A stretch of 64,000 nt of DNA from Nemertoderma westbladi (taxonomy: Eukaryota; Animalia; Xenacoelomorpha): NCBI GenBank assembly GCA_032718475.1, contig JAUCBJ010003342.1:1-64000 (forward strand), in the 5' to 3' direction. A program made the translations under genes and the position numbers. The notes below the pieces were generated by a model that was not told where the DNA came from, ran no database searches, and was given only the letters and a program-made list of their open reading frames with translations. Below, piece by piece: positions 37,672 through 50,468 of this stretch; the first letter of the stretch is position 1; every line of letters starts with the position of its first letter.

Positions 37672-39655
37672 TAGTTGGATAAGGTGGTTGGCGGGTTCGC
37701 GTCCGGCGTATTACCTTTTGTCTCATTTGTTGGGGTCTAGAATCTACGATTCTCCGTTGTTCGGTAGGCTTGTAAGCCTTCCACGAAGTCGTAGGTCTCG
37801 TTAAACGTTGTTCGATCCTGCGGGTACTACCCACATCCGTCCTCCTCCGTTGTTCGGTAGGCTCGCAAGCCTTCCACGAAGTCGTAGGTTGCGTCGAACA
37901 TTGTGTCAAAGGTCGAGTAAAGTAGTCGGGTTTCGTAGTCGGTCTATAAATAACTGGGTTCGCACAGCACATCATAGGTTTAACTGCTAACGGCTTACTT
38001 ACCTGTTTAATTGTCATAAACGCAGGTTCCTCTCTCCCTACAAGTAGACTACGACTTACTGTAGGTGGACTAGATACATTACCTGCTAAAATTGGCGATG
38101 AAGTTGCCCTAGGTTGCGGTAATTCCGTCACAACAAACCTGTTACCTTGCGTCGAGTGCACGGGTGTTAATTCCTTAGGTTTCGTAACATAGACCAGTTT
38201 TATCGGAGTCGTGGGTTTGAGCATAGGAATCACTTGTGGAAAACGTTCACAGTAATCCTCGACGAACTCATCTCTTCGATCCATCGCTCCAACACTTCCT
38301 TCGTCGATTCGCTTCTGTATCCCGCGATATCAAACTTCCAGGTGATCCAGGGCAGACAAATCGTGTCCAGCTCGCGATCTTATAGATCTATCTCTTGCGT
38401 CGAGGTCCGCTTGCGCGTTCGCTGTCTCGCGCAATATTCGATTCAGTTCGAACTGTAGTTGCATCTCCCTTTCACGTCGATCTGCTACTTGTTGTTGTGC
38501 CGCTAACTCCGCTTCTTGTATAGCTAGTCGAGTGTTAATCTGTCTCACTTCCATCTTGGTGCGAGAGTCAGATGCCGCTTTCTTCCGAGCCAACTCCGCC
38601 GCGTTTACTGTCGCAACTCGTGCTAATTCGTCGGCTGCAGCTTCTCGTGCCAAATCTTCCTCCAATCTTCTTAACTCCAAGGCGTCGACTTCTGCTTGCG
38701 CTTTGAGTTGCGCAATCTTCGCCTCGTTTTCTCTTTGCTGTTTCTCTCCCTCGATGGCGATCTGTGCCATCTGTCGTTGCGTTTCTTCCTCGAAGACTTG
38801 TTGTCGGCGTGCAACTTCCTGTTGTTGTTGAGTAATGTCAGACGCTGTTCTACTATCGTCGCCATTCTCGCTCCGCATGCTAACGAATGATCTATCCATC
38901 GGTGGATTTTGGTAGACTCGCGAGCCTTCCATAGTGAGAACTTCCGTCGTCCCTCGCGGTTCGAATTCCGGTTCTTCGATCGGTACGCCGTTTCTACGAA
39001 GAAAATTGGTGAGTGTCTCCAACCTCCCGTCCAGGCAATAAGGTTCTTCTTCCTCTTCGGGTTGTAACAATGCGTCCAAAACTGACTCACCTAGCAGTTG
39101 GTCAAACTGCTCCTGTTGAGCCAATATTATTACTGACTTAAACTGGATAATGCTTTCTCTCGCACTTACCAACTTATCTATTATCTTTACCTGAGTAAAG
39201 TTGTCTCCACGCAACTCTGCGAGTTCGTGTAAACCTTTCAGTTTATCTACGGAGGCATGTACCCTACTTTCTATCCTTACCTGTAAGGTGTAGAACTCGT
39301 ATCTCGACATCGGGGCGGTTAACTCGCGTAAAACGCGAAAAACTTCTCCGAGGTTTCGAGTAATCTGGGCCATGTGTCCTCCTATACTTCTAATGACATT
39401 TTCTTGGCTTCCCGCCAAGCTTACCATGTCTGGTTCCCGTGACCTGGTCTGCGGGACTGTAAGGAAATCCTCGATCCTGCCGTCGCCACGCATTGCGGCT
39501 TCCGGTATTTCCGTTCGGGGTACCGGCGACACACGCGGTGTGACATTGGTGGAATCTCGGGTTCTCCTTCTCAGTTCGTCTACTGTTGATCTGTCCGGGT
39601 CGCACGAGTCATAGTCGGTAGGGGGGTATCGAGTCGAATGTGGTGTGTCACTCAT
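37672..39655 (-). pseudogene. BEL-A gag N-terminal part; capsid/knuckle region and protease absent
   Basis: Coiled-coil-rich ORFs 39655-38330 and 38284 onward run directly into the RT N-terminus (LWRNGQPKLVNNY). Confidence 0.75.
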
Positions 39656-40185
39656 GTCTTATTATATACATCAAGTACGGGTAATAAAATGTCAAAATAT
39701 CTGAATGCTGAAATGTCAAACTTACCTTTGTATATATATAGTATATATATACCCAAACCGGTACAAATAAATCAACAAAGTCAGAATGTCGAAATGTCAA
39801 AATGACCAAATGTCAAACTTACCTTGATATATATATATACCATATATATACCCTAACCGGTACAAATAAAACTAACAAAGTATATAATAAAATATGTAAT
39901 AATCTAGCCTACCGGCTAAATTTGTACGAATAAGTGAGATAACGGTTTACGTTACCAAAATGTAGATCAACAAGTACAAATAATAGGGAAAACAGCAACG
40001 TCTAACGGGAAAAATAAGTACCAACAACACTACTAATTAGACAGTGAAACCCACAAATTTTGAGTACTACTGTGCTTTCTAAGTTTGAACGACACGAGTC
40101 GTAAAACTTACGCTCCTTTGATCTTCCAGTCGTACAAATTCCCAAATACAAACCGGACGTGGGTCGTTCCGTTTTTCGGTGGCGC

Positions 40186-42780
40186 TGATGAATTTTTTGT
40201 CTCCCAAACTTTGCGAAAAGCGGTCTAATCCTCGAAGCGGTCCAGAAATGAGTCCTTGAGTCCTGAAAAGTTGAAGGTGAGAGTTTTACTTCTACTCTAC
40301 GAAAAATCTTCCCCGAAAAAGTAACACCACACACACACGGCGTAAAACAAAATGCTACAAACTAACTATTAGCTAGTCAAATATTAAATACGAAACTACT
40401 AGCTACCCTAAAAGCCTACTGAAGCAGGGGACGTTTTACAAATTACTAAATTTTACTAACCTTAAATTTTTTAAATATCTCCTACTTACAATATCTAACA
40501 GTATGTGAGAGACCTCACGGTTGGGATATATATTTCCTACTTTCGTAAGAATAAATATACCTCACTGTTGTGTCCTCTACGGTAGGGACTACCCTACAGC
40601 CTACAAATCTACTAATACGAAGCTATAGAATATCTCTATCAGTAAAGTCCAGTAGTATACCGCTTACCAGATCCTAGTAACGATGTATCTTACTGTAAGA
40701 CTCTAGTAATGAAACGGGCTCATACAGTATCTGACAACAAATCCCAGTCCAGGATATCTAAACAAACAGATACAATACACAAACTACTACTGGTGAGGAG
40801 CAGAGCCTGGTGTCTATTCTATGTATGTGAGCGGGTCTAATGCCTACAAACTAGACAAAAGGATACCTGTCCTCTAACTGGTATGGCAGATGTACAGTTA
40901 CAGTAACAGACCAAACTCACGGGAAAATAATCCCCGCGCAGCGAATCCTAACTATCACTGACAGTCCTAAATACAGTAACTTGCCGCGGTGTGATTTATA
41001 TGGTTTATATACGAGCTAAGTGGGTTACAGACCTAGCGTAACAATACTGATCTCCCTGTCTGAATCAGTCTAAAAAGGGTCGTACCTAATGTAACAATAC
41101 TGCTGCTCTAGGCAAACAACAGTTAATAACGAAAATGAAATACTCCCTTGCTGTAACTAAATATCAGATCCTAATTTTACAAACTTACCAAAAGTAAGAT
41201 AAATACATTCTGCCTAAAGTAATCTAAAGTGCGCTATCAAGTAGAACTCTAAGGGTAAATATGTTTTAGGGCGTGTGTGTGTAGGTGTGTTACAATAAAA
41301 CAATTTTGGTGTATATCATTTACTAGGTTTTAGTAATTCTCTGACCGAAACAATACCGTGCGCTAGCTACTAAAAGCTACTAGTCGCGTTTTGTAGAACT
41401 TTATACTTACAAATGACGTCAAAGCTCTCTCCTTCCTATCCACAACTCAACTGGGCATCCACGGTGTAAGTAACTACACCCGTGATCGGCACAAATACCA
41501 GATTCTGGTTGTAAGATAAGAAATAGGGATTAATTGCTACCGTATGTTAGCTGATCTGGTATACAAATTTGATTCTAGAACTTTGTTGCTGCGGTAGTTA
41601 GCAGCAAATACCTATCAGTATGTGGCAAGGCGCGGTAGGATATTAATAAACCTCCCTAGGCCAAGCGGTGTGCCGGTAGCAGAAATACTCCTTGCCTGAT
41701 CAAATAACTAACTTCAGGCAGGGGGGGGGGGTACTAATGTATATTCTACAAAGCGAAACGGTACCAAACGGTCAGTACTGCAAATCACTAAATTATGGAA
41801 CATATGCTGTCTGTACCTAATATGTACTCGCGTACTGACGGACGGCAATAATTCGCACCTGCGAGGTATACAGGTAACCCAGGGATTCGTACTACTGAAA
41901 GGGGGGGTTCTGCCTAGAATATAGTTATTTGATCCTAAATTTGCGGCGTCCCAGGACGGCGTCACGCTTACCCTGATCTATAGGTATTACGTCGGGCAAG
42001 GGCGTCAAACAAAGTCTTACCTTCCTCATAAAGCGGGTGCTGCATAGCAAGGCGGAGTATTTCGAAGGGCGAATGGGGTGCGCGGTCTAAGCTAATGTGG
42101 GCGCTAGCGTGTTGTGGACATCTTTTCCCTGCATTGCTGACAGCCTAATGGTCTAGGCGGCCATCTTCCCAATGCTTGGTTGTCCCAAAGTTGGACGTTC
42201 AGAAAAGTGCATGTTCAGAAGTTTTATAGTATATTTACAGTTTACAAAACTTTATCAAACAGAATTGCCAAATAGTTTCAACAAGAAACATGTAAAAGTC
42301 TGAAGTAACAAGTTAAACCAAGTGGAATAATGAAGTTAACTAAGTTTTAACGAAGTAAGAAGTGATAACCGAAGGCAAACCAGCCCTTTATATACTAAAT
42401 CTGGGACATAGAATCCACTAGAACTTTCCAGAGTATTCCATGGCCTCACATTGGAGCAATAAGATATTCCATGCCCTATGATTGGCCCAACTCATGTTCC
42501 ATGTGTTGTACGCACCCCATTGGTTTATCAATTTGTATCAAATGAAAATAAATTGCCCCAAAATGCAAATTTCCCGACTGGGATTCGAACTCGTAACCTA
42601 TATGTAATGCAACCAACGCCTTAACCATCTGACCACTACGCCACGAGATTAACTAGGGGTTTTATGTGTACTAATAAGAATAGGCATATTACATTACTGT
42701 AACTTAATCAAAATGCGTCGGATTTTCGAAAGTTTTTACGTTATACTACAAATGCTATGCTATAGTGAAATAATTCATCA
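40186..42780 (-). repeat. BEL-A 5' LTR (~2.6 kb)
   Basis: 40651-42780 matches the 3' LTR. The 40186 boundary is inferred only from the 9-bp terminal inverted repeat TGATGAATT/AATTCATCA. Confidence 0.75.
42572..42642 (-). other. Degenerate tRNA-like / Pol III A-B box sequence in the BEL-A 5' LTR
   Basis: Same sequence as 8435-8505. Confidence 0.6.
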
Positions 42781-42939
42781 CTACCCAATAATTTTGAAAA
42801 CGGTTTTCACTCCTAGGAAGACAATAGATTTTTAGGAAAAGTCATAAAATTTCAGATTCCCAACTGCGTTTGTTTCAGAATTATAATAAAAAAACCACGG
42901 TGGGGGTCATATTGACCCCACCCCCCTGGTTTAATAGGG
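42781..42939. mobile_element. Terminal fragment of the same piggyBac-type MITE family; insertion target of BEL-A
   Basis: Reverse complement of about 35696-35857; ends TAATAGGG followed by TTAA. Confidence 0.9.
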
Positions 42940-43886
42940 TTAACTGTTCAGTCTCTTAGATATACCAATTATGACAGTATTTGGTTTACTATTGCTAATT
43001 GCAATTATGATTTTGCATTTGTATTTATACCACCATCTGAGTCAAGGTATTACGACCCGGTTATATGGGCTGATATTCAAGCTCATATTTTCGATTCCCC
43101 CTCCCATCATTGGTTTGTTATTTTGGGAGCTAAATTCTAGAATAGGCAATAAATTAACTATTAAGTTGTTTACTCAACTCAAGTCTTTGGGTTGTGGAGG
43201 TATCATGCTTCGCGCATTGCAATCTTTGTATAGTTGCACCATAAGTTTCTTAGGCTCATCCATCATTACTTCTCTTAAGGGCGTGCTCCAAGGAGCACAT
43301 GGTAATTGTTTCTTATTCATTATTTACAAAAATCCACTCCTACAATGCCTGAAACATAGTGTCAGTGATGGTTTTCTAAAATGCCTCCATGCCGTACTTC
43401 TTATGGACTACTCAGCAATCTTAGTGACATCTCGGAGCTACACCATTGCAAAATTTTAATTTCTTCTACAATATTGTCAAGATTTTAACATGAAAATCAA
43501 TATTAAGAAGACTAAGTTCCTTGTCATAAATGGCAAGGGAGGATCTAATTTTCGAAACCCCCAAACAGCATCATGAAGGTCGGAAACTGTCCATCCTATG
43601 TTTATCTGGGGTCTCCCCTCAGTCAGGATGGCGGCTGGCTGTCCATATCCATGCCAACGACAAAATCAAACAAGTTGCAAAGTTCCACGCATTCCTAAGT
43701 AAACATTCTGATTGCCCACTTTGGTTTTTAATGTCGGGATATTATCTTCCATTTTATATGGTTGCGAGTCATGGCTCGGTTCCAATTTAAACCCAGTCAG
43801 TAACCATTATTACTCTATGTTGAAATCCGCCGTAGGCGTCCACCAACAGACCTGCCATGATTTAATACACCTGGAGACCGGATATA

Positions 43887-44630
43887 TCTTTTTACAGAAC
43901 ACAGCAGAACACAGTAGAACACAGCAGAACACAATAGAATACAGGCGGAACATAGGCGAACACAGCTGTAATTAAAATCTACACCAAAAAATAACACACT
44001 TGGGAAAGTACCGGATTTAATCATACAACTGTGAGATGTCAATTACATATTTAAATTAAATGGCGGTTTTCCATATCCTCCAAAATAAATTACTTCTCAT
44101 TATCATGTAACCATGGAGAGTTGGTTAGTTTTACAGCAGTACAGTACCGGTAGCTGAGTAGGCCTACATCAGTACATTGGTAATATACTCTACACTGAGC
44201 CCGGTAATTGCACATCAGTCAGTTAGTACCAATATTCCGTATCATATCCACTTCTAGGAAGCCTACATCTGTCTGCCTGTACAATGTACAGTCTGTAAGT
44301 CTGTACATGTCTCTACATCACTAGGCCTACTGCAGTACTGGAACAGGCTGACAGGCAGACTGCTGGACTAGTAAGTAACAGGTACAGGCCTAACCGAACA
44401 GCTGATCGGGCAACTCTGATCAGGTAATTTATTTTGGAGGATATGGAAAACCGCCTTTTAATTTAAATATGTAATTGACATCTTACAGTTGTATGATTAA
44501 GTCCGTTACTTTCCCAAGTGTGTTATTTTTTGGTGTAGATTTTAATTACAGCTGTGTTCGCCTATGTTCCGCCTGTATTATATTGTGTTCTGCTGTGTTC
44601 TACTGTGTTCTGCTGTGTTCTGTAAAAAGA
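43887..44630. mobile_element. MITE with ~200-bp TIRs inserted in the LINE
   Basis: TCTTTTTACAGAACACAGCAGAAC... at 43887-44092 is inverted at 44425-44630. Confidence 0.88.
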
Positions 44631-45465
44631 ACTATCCCTGGAGACCTGCCTTCCATCCCCCAAGGCATTCGTTTGCTCATGGCAACATATATTCATTCAA
44701 TCGATTTTATTCAAACCCGAACTACACTCCCCCCTAATTTTCGCTATTTATTTGGAACGTTGCAGTGCCACACCAATGGGTAAGGTTATTGACAGGCCTC
44801 TAGCCAGGCCCAATGGAAGTTTTGTAGCTGATGAGTGATCTGGCTTGATGATATCCGTAAACGCCGTAAAGTACACGCCATTCATTCCATTCCTCGATTA
44901 ACCCAACTTTCATAATACCACCAGTATACACTCAGCATATTGTTGTTCCCGAACATCACCATCTAGCGTGGACCCGGTTTCGGCTTATGTCGACTCACCT
45001 TCCGGTTGAAACCAGCACGTGGTTCCATATCACACCTGAGCGTCGTTTTTGTACATGCGGTGCAGTACAAACCGAATCACATGTCCTTCTCACATGTCCC
45101 CTCCTATTGAATTTGCGTGATTCCAGTAAAGACTTAAATTTCACTTCTGTTGATATTTTCTTCAATGAAACAAATTTTGTGTCAGCCGCCTCATTTATAT
45201 TTCCCACTCTGAAATGCCTTGAATCAGTTTAATTTCCCCATTTTCTTTACTACAGTGCGCCAAACTCTCTACTGTGCCTTTGTTTCAGCACTTGTACCAT
45301 GTGTTATTTGTGTTTTTGGTGTAATAACCATATAAATATACTCTGCTTTTCATATTCTTTTGTTTTCGGCCTTTTCTGTTTAGGCCTAATATTTTTGTAT
45401 TTCTACCTGTAAACTGACGATTGGCAAAATATTACGTATATTAATTTACTTTCAGTTGCCAGATA

Positions 45466-45615
45466 TAATTATTGTTGCTTTCATGTTAGGTATATTTTCT
45501 TTAGGTATATACCTTTTAGGTATATATTATTGTTGCTTTCAAGTTAGGTATATTTTCTTTAGGTATATACCTTTTAGGTATATATTATTGTTGCTTTCAA
45601 GTTAGGTATATTTTC
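45466..45615. repeat. Short tandem repeat (~57 bp, ~2.5 copies)
   Basis: ATTATTGTTGCTTTCAAGTTAGGTATATTTTC... repeated. Confidence 0.8.
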
Positions 45616-46645
45616 CCTTATTATATATTCGATTATGTTTATCGTCCTGATGATATAGTTATAGTTTTTTTTTATATAGTTTATTTATTCCTGTTTTTCT
45701 ATGTTTCCTGCTTTATTCAGGTATACTTATTTGTGTTTGGTATTATCTTTCTTTTGGACTCCGATCAATAAAATATCTATCTATCTAGCAATTATTGGTG
45801 CGACTTTTCTTCTCTGGTTTCGATCAAGTTTTACCGGTTGTGCCCACTAAACCATCTCCATGGGATAATGGAGATCATTATTGTCATTAAAAGCACCTAA
45901 TTCAAGCGCTATATGATTGGTAGGCCATTTCACTGACCAATCAGTGACTGCTGAAATTATGATGTTTTAACCTCCTTGAATGTTGAATGTGTTGCATATC
46001 TTGCAATACCCCATCATGATCACATACAACAAGAAGTCATACTTTACATACAAAAAACATAGGCCTGAAACACAGTACTGGTGTTACTTACTTGGGCAGT
46101 GTTACTGCATGGTGGTGGCTTATACTGTCCAGAGATGGTCATTATAAACTATGATGCCCAACTTGCCGCTATTATTTTTATTTTATGAGTAATTGATTTT
46201 TGGTTTTGCAAAACAAACACTAAATAGGGCTCAGTATCATCGGTCGCTTTGATGGTAACAAATGCGTAGGTCAAAGATTTATATTATCACCATATCGTTT
46301 TAATGGTGTTCCCCCTGAGGTCTTTAAAATACCTGAGTGTTTAAAGCTCATCTATCCCATCATATTAGACATGTACCGAACAACAAGAGTCCCACAAGAA
46401 ATGAAAACAAATAAGTTGGTGCCAGTTCCCAAGAAGGGCAACGGAATATACGGCTATAATACCTTCAGCAAATAAATCATGTATAACTACTTCGGCCTAT
46501 GGCCTCAGTAGTTATACAGATTAATTTGATTCATGTTTTATATCCGTATATTCCGTTCTCGAACAGACAATAATTATAGTATGTTTGAAAACGTGTTCTG
46601 AAACCAACATAAACAATAAACATGTTGGAATAACTGACAACTTAC

Positions 46646-46777
46646 CTGGTGATGGAGTGCACAGTTTGCCAGTACCAGGATATCCATAATTGCATTCACA
46701 AGTATAGTTACCATCAGTATTGGTACAAGTTGCTAACAAATGACAATCGTCGACGTTTTGAAGGCATTCGTTGATGT
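46646..46777 (-). CDS. Host gene exon 5: calcium-binding EGF domain
   Basis: cag/ACATC...CCAG/gtaag, phase 1-1; DINECLQNVDDCHLLATCTNTDGNYTCECNYGYPGTGKLC. Confidence 0.9.
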
Positions 46778-47647
46778 CTGCAAAAATTCTATAATTAAAT
46801 TATATATTTCGGTTGTGAGAAAAGGACAATTTCCATTTTAATTACTTTATTGCGATATATTTCTTCTTTTTTTATCTTTTATATTTAGTGCTTTATTTTT
46901 TTCATTTTACTAGTCCTTTATGCTTCATTTTACTTGTTATTTTCTGTCAATTTACCTTTTTAGTAAAGTAATGAAGTAAACATGAGGTCAAACAATATCT
47001 ACTTTTCTGGCAACCAACACAAAGAAAGTGAAATCATGGATGAGTGGTTATTACATATAGTCCAACTTGAAAGGGGTAATGAACTTTGGAGAAACGAAAT
47101 TGCGACAACTATGGAGAATCGGGAAGCCTGGAAAGATCTGGGGGAATTAGCCACCAGGTTGGTGGAAGGCATAAAACACTTAGTAGTAGAGGATTATTTT
47201 AATGCGATATTATGGTAGGACCGTTTTTAGTGCACTCAACCAGAAATAGGCAAAATGGGGAGCAGGGAGTCATTCCCAAACAATTTTGATTTTGGCACTT
47301 GTGTTGTTCTATATATTTTTTTTTTGTAGTTAAAGGGTGTAAGACTCTAGTGTTTACCTTAAAGTTGTTCTTTCATGACAGTAACGATATATATGACTTG
47401 ACAAACCTAGACCAAAGCTCACATCACAGATATTCCAAGCTGGAGTATCAAGAATTTGCCAGCTAATTTTCAAGTAAGTTAATAACACTTACTTAAATAT
47501 TAGCTTCAAAAATTATTACCTCAGTGACATGGGCACAAAACTTACTACAAAGAATTTGCCTAAGACATAATATCCTGCTACACATATCCTGGTATAAATC
47601 GCTTACGACATGTTCTGTTTATTTTCTCACTACACCTGCATCCACAC

Positions 47648-48225
47648 TGTGAGCAGATTCAATTCCGCCTCACAAACCCCATAAAGTTGGGAAGTGGCGC
47701 CTTTAAGCAATATTGGGGATACGAGGTTAATCCCCAATTAACCTCGTATCACACACCCAATAAACGGGGACAACAAACCCCGAAGGGCCACACAAAGGGA
47801 GGTCAGAGGTTAAACCTCCGGGAGAGAAAAGTAACAGCAGCGGGGGGGGGGGGGGGGGAAGCACTCCCACAGAGGTGGAGGCGAGAAGTGGGATAACAAC
47901 CAATCAGAGCCAGGAAACGCATCCGCAAGGTACAATGGCCATAAGTAATGTAGCTAACCAATATATATTACCGGTCAGTGCCCATCACAATTCAGTTTAC
48001 TCAGTCACTTAGGGCAGTACGGTGACACTTTAAGACCGTCACCGCCGTCACCGATTATATCACACATACCGGTCAACTGTGCTATCTGCTATTATACTTA
48101 CATCGTATACTATATTTTATACATCTATTAAGAATATCGGAACAATAACAAACTCTTTTCCAACTACACGGTGCGGCTGACGCGTAAATAAACCTAACTG
48201 GTCGGGATCCCCTGATCCCGTCACA
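47648..48225 (+). mobile_element. Solo LTR (578 bp), TSD CACAC
   Basis: TGTGA...TCACA flanked by CACAC; TATA-like near 47960; AATAAA near 48187. Confidence 0.75.
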
Positions 48226-48804
48226 CACACACAGTGTATACTGCAAACCAGTGCAATATAGATGACAATGCAGGGTTATGTTTTGGATTATATTCTTCGG
48301 CCACCCGAAATTAGCCTATGTGAAACCAAAGGCAATCACAATAAATAGGAAAAAAGCCTTATGGCTGCTGTAGTCTGACTCTAAGTAAGTAGTGGTATAG
48401 TAGGTAGTAGTGTTAATAAGCAATTTATGATTACTGAAGTTCAGTTATTTGATATTTGTAGGATAGGGTAGTAGTAGACTCCAAGCTGTGGGTTCATAAG
48501 AGACAGAGTCGGTTTTAGATATTCACATAAATCTTGCATTGGGTGGGCTTCTGGGCTTAATTATATATTTTTTGAGAAAAATATTTGTAAAATGCGATAA
48601 AAATAATACAATGATAAATAGCCTGAATAAATAAATTAATACCTGATCTTGGCCTATTTTTATAAGTCGCACCTGATTATTTTCAACTGACACAACTTTA
48701 GTTATGCAGATTCCGTTGCCTACTACTGTAGATCGACATACAGTTCCAGGGGTACCTGAGCTGTGATAGAGAGTACTTCAAGAACATAATGATGTTCTTA
48801 CAGT

Positions 48805-50468
48805 CTGCAGGGCAGTAGCCCCAGTTCCCAGTTACTTTTACCTGGACATTCTGCAGGGCAGTAGCCCCAGTTCCCAGCTACTTACCTGGACATTCTGCAG
48901 GGCAGTAGCCCCAGTTCCCAGCTACTTACCTGGACATTCTGCAGGGCAGTAGCCCCAGTTCCCAGTTACTTTTACCTGGACATTCTGCAGGGCAGTAGCC
49001 CCAGTTCCCAGCTACATAACTGGATATTCTGCAGGGCAGTACCCCCAGTTCCCAGCTACATAACTGGACATTCTGCAGGGCAGTACCCCCAGTTCCCAGC
49101 TACATAACTGGACATTCTGCAGGGCAGTAGCCCCAGTTCCCAGCTACTTACCTGGAAATTCGGCAGGGCAGTACCCCCAGTTCCCAGCTACTTACCTGGA
49201 CATTCTGCAGGGCAGTAGCCCCAGTTCCCAGCTACTTACCTGGACATTCTGCAGGGCAGTACCCCCAGTTCCCAGCTACTTACCTGGACATTCTGCAGGG
49301 CAGTACCCCCAGTTCCCAGCTACTTGCCTGGACATTCTGCAGGGCAGTACCCCAGTTCCCAGCTACTTACCTGGACATTCTGCAGGGCAGTGGCCCCAGT
49401 TCCCAGCTACTTACCTGGACATTCTGCAGGGCAGTAGCCCCAGTTCCCAGCTACTTACCTGGACATTCTGCAGGGCAGTAGCCCCAGTTCCCAGTTACTT
49501 TTACCTGGACATTCTGCAGGGCAGTAGCCCCAGTTCCCAGCTACATAACTGGATATTCTGCAGGGCAGTACCCCCAGTTCCCAGCTACTTACCTGGACAT
49601 TCTGCAGGGCAGTGGCCCCAGTTCCCAGCTACTTACCTGGACATTCTGCAGGGCAGTAGCCCCAGTTCCCAGCTACTTACCTGGACATTCTGCAGGGCAG
49701 TAGCCCCAGTTCCCAGCTACTTACCTGGACATTCTGCAGGGCAGTGGCCCCAGTTCCCAGCTACTTACCTGGACATTCTGCAGGGCAGTACCCCCAGTTC
49801 CCATCTACTTACCTGGACATTCTGCAGGGCAGTAGCCCCAGTTCGCAGCTACTTACCTGGACATTCTGCAGGGCAATGGCCCCAGTTCGCAGCTACTTAC
49901 CTGGACATTCTGCAGGGCAATGGCCCCAGTTCCCAGCTACTTACCTGGACATTCTGCAGGGCAGTAGCCCCAGTTCCCAGCTACTTACCTGGACATTCTG
50001 CAGGGCAGTACCTCCAGTTCCCAGCTACATAACTGGACATTCTGCAGGGCAGTAGCCCCAGTTCCCAGCTACATAACTGGACATTCTGCAGGGCAGTACC
50101 CCCAGTTCCCAGCTACATAACTGGACATTCTGCAGGGCAGTAGCCCCAGTTCCCAGCTACATAACTGGACATTCTGCAGGGCAGTACCCCCAGTTCCCAG
50201 CTACATAACTGGACATTCTGCAGGGCAGTAGCCCCAGTTCCCAGCTACATAACTGGACATTCTGCAGGGCAGTAGCCCCAGTTCCCAGCTACATAACTGG
50301 ACATTCTGCAGGGCAGTAGCCCCAGTTCCCAGCTACATAACTGGACATTCTGCAGGGCAGTACCCCCAGTTCCCAGCTACATAACTGGACATTCTGCAGG
50401 GCAGTAGCCCCAGTTCCCAGCTACTTACCTGGACATTCTGCAGGGCAGTAGCCCCAGTTCCCAGCTAC
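48805..50468. repeat. 44-bp minisatellite, ~38 copies
   Basis: Unit CTGCAGGGCAGTAGCCCCAGTTCCCAGCTACTTACCTGGACATT. Confidence 0.97.

Larger units (their letters stand above)
4662..42780 (-). mobile_element. BEL/Pao LTR retrotransposon 'BEL-A', host of the nested insertions
   Basis: Matching long LTRs, PPT, and gag remnant-RT-RH-IN-ORF2 on the minus strand. Confidence 0.9.
42945..45788 (+). mobile_element. Decayed non-LTR retrotransposon (CR1/L2-like), 3' part
   Basis: GVLQG and LLMDY RT remnants, ILYGCESW, C-terminal FCTCGAVQTESHVLLTCP, AATAAA followed by a (TATC)n tail. Confidence 0.75.

Noticed and set aside
40169-40223. CTGATGA...GAAA resembling a hammerhead ribozyme core
   Set aside because: Stems I and II cannot form convincingly; TGATGAATT is better explained as the LTR terminal inverted repeat.
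48805-50468. Regular repeats as a CRISPR array
   Set aside because: No unique spacers, no cas genes, eukaryotic context.
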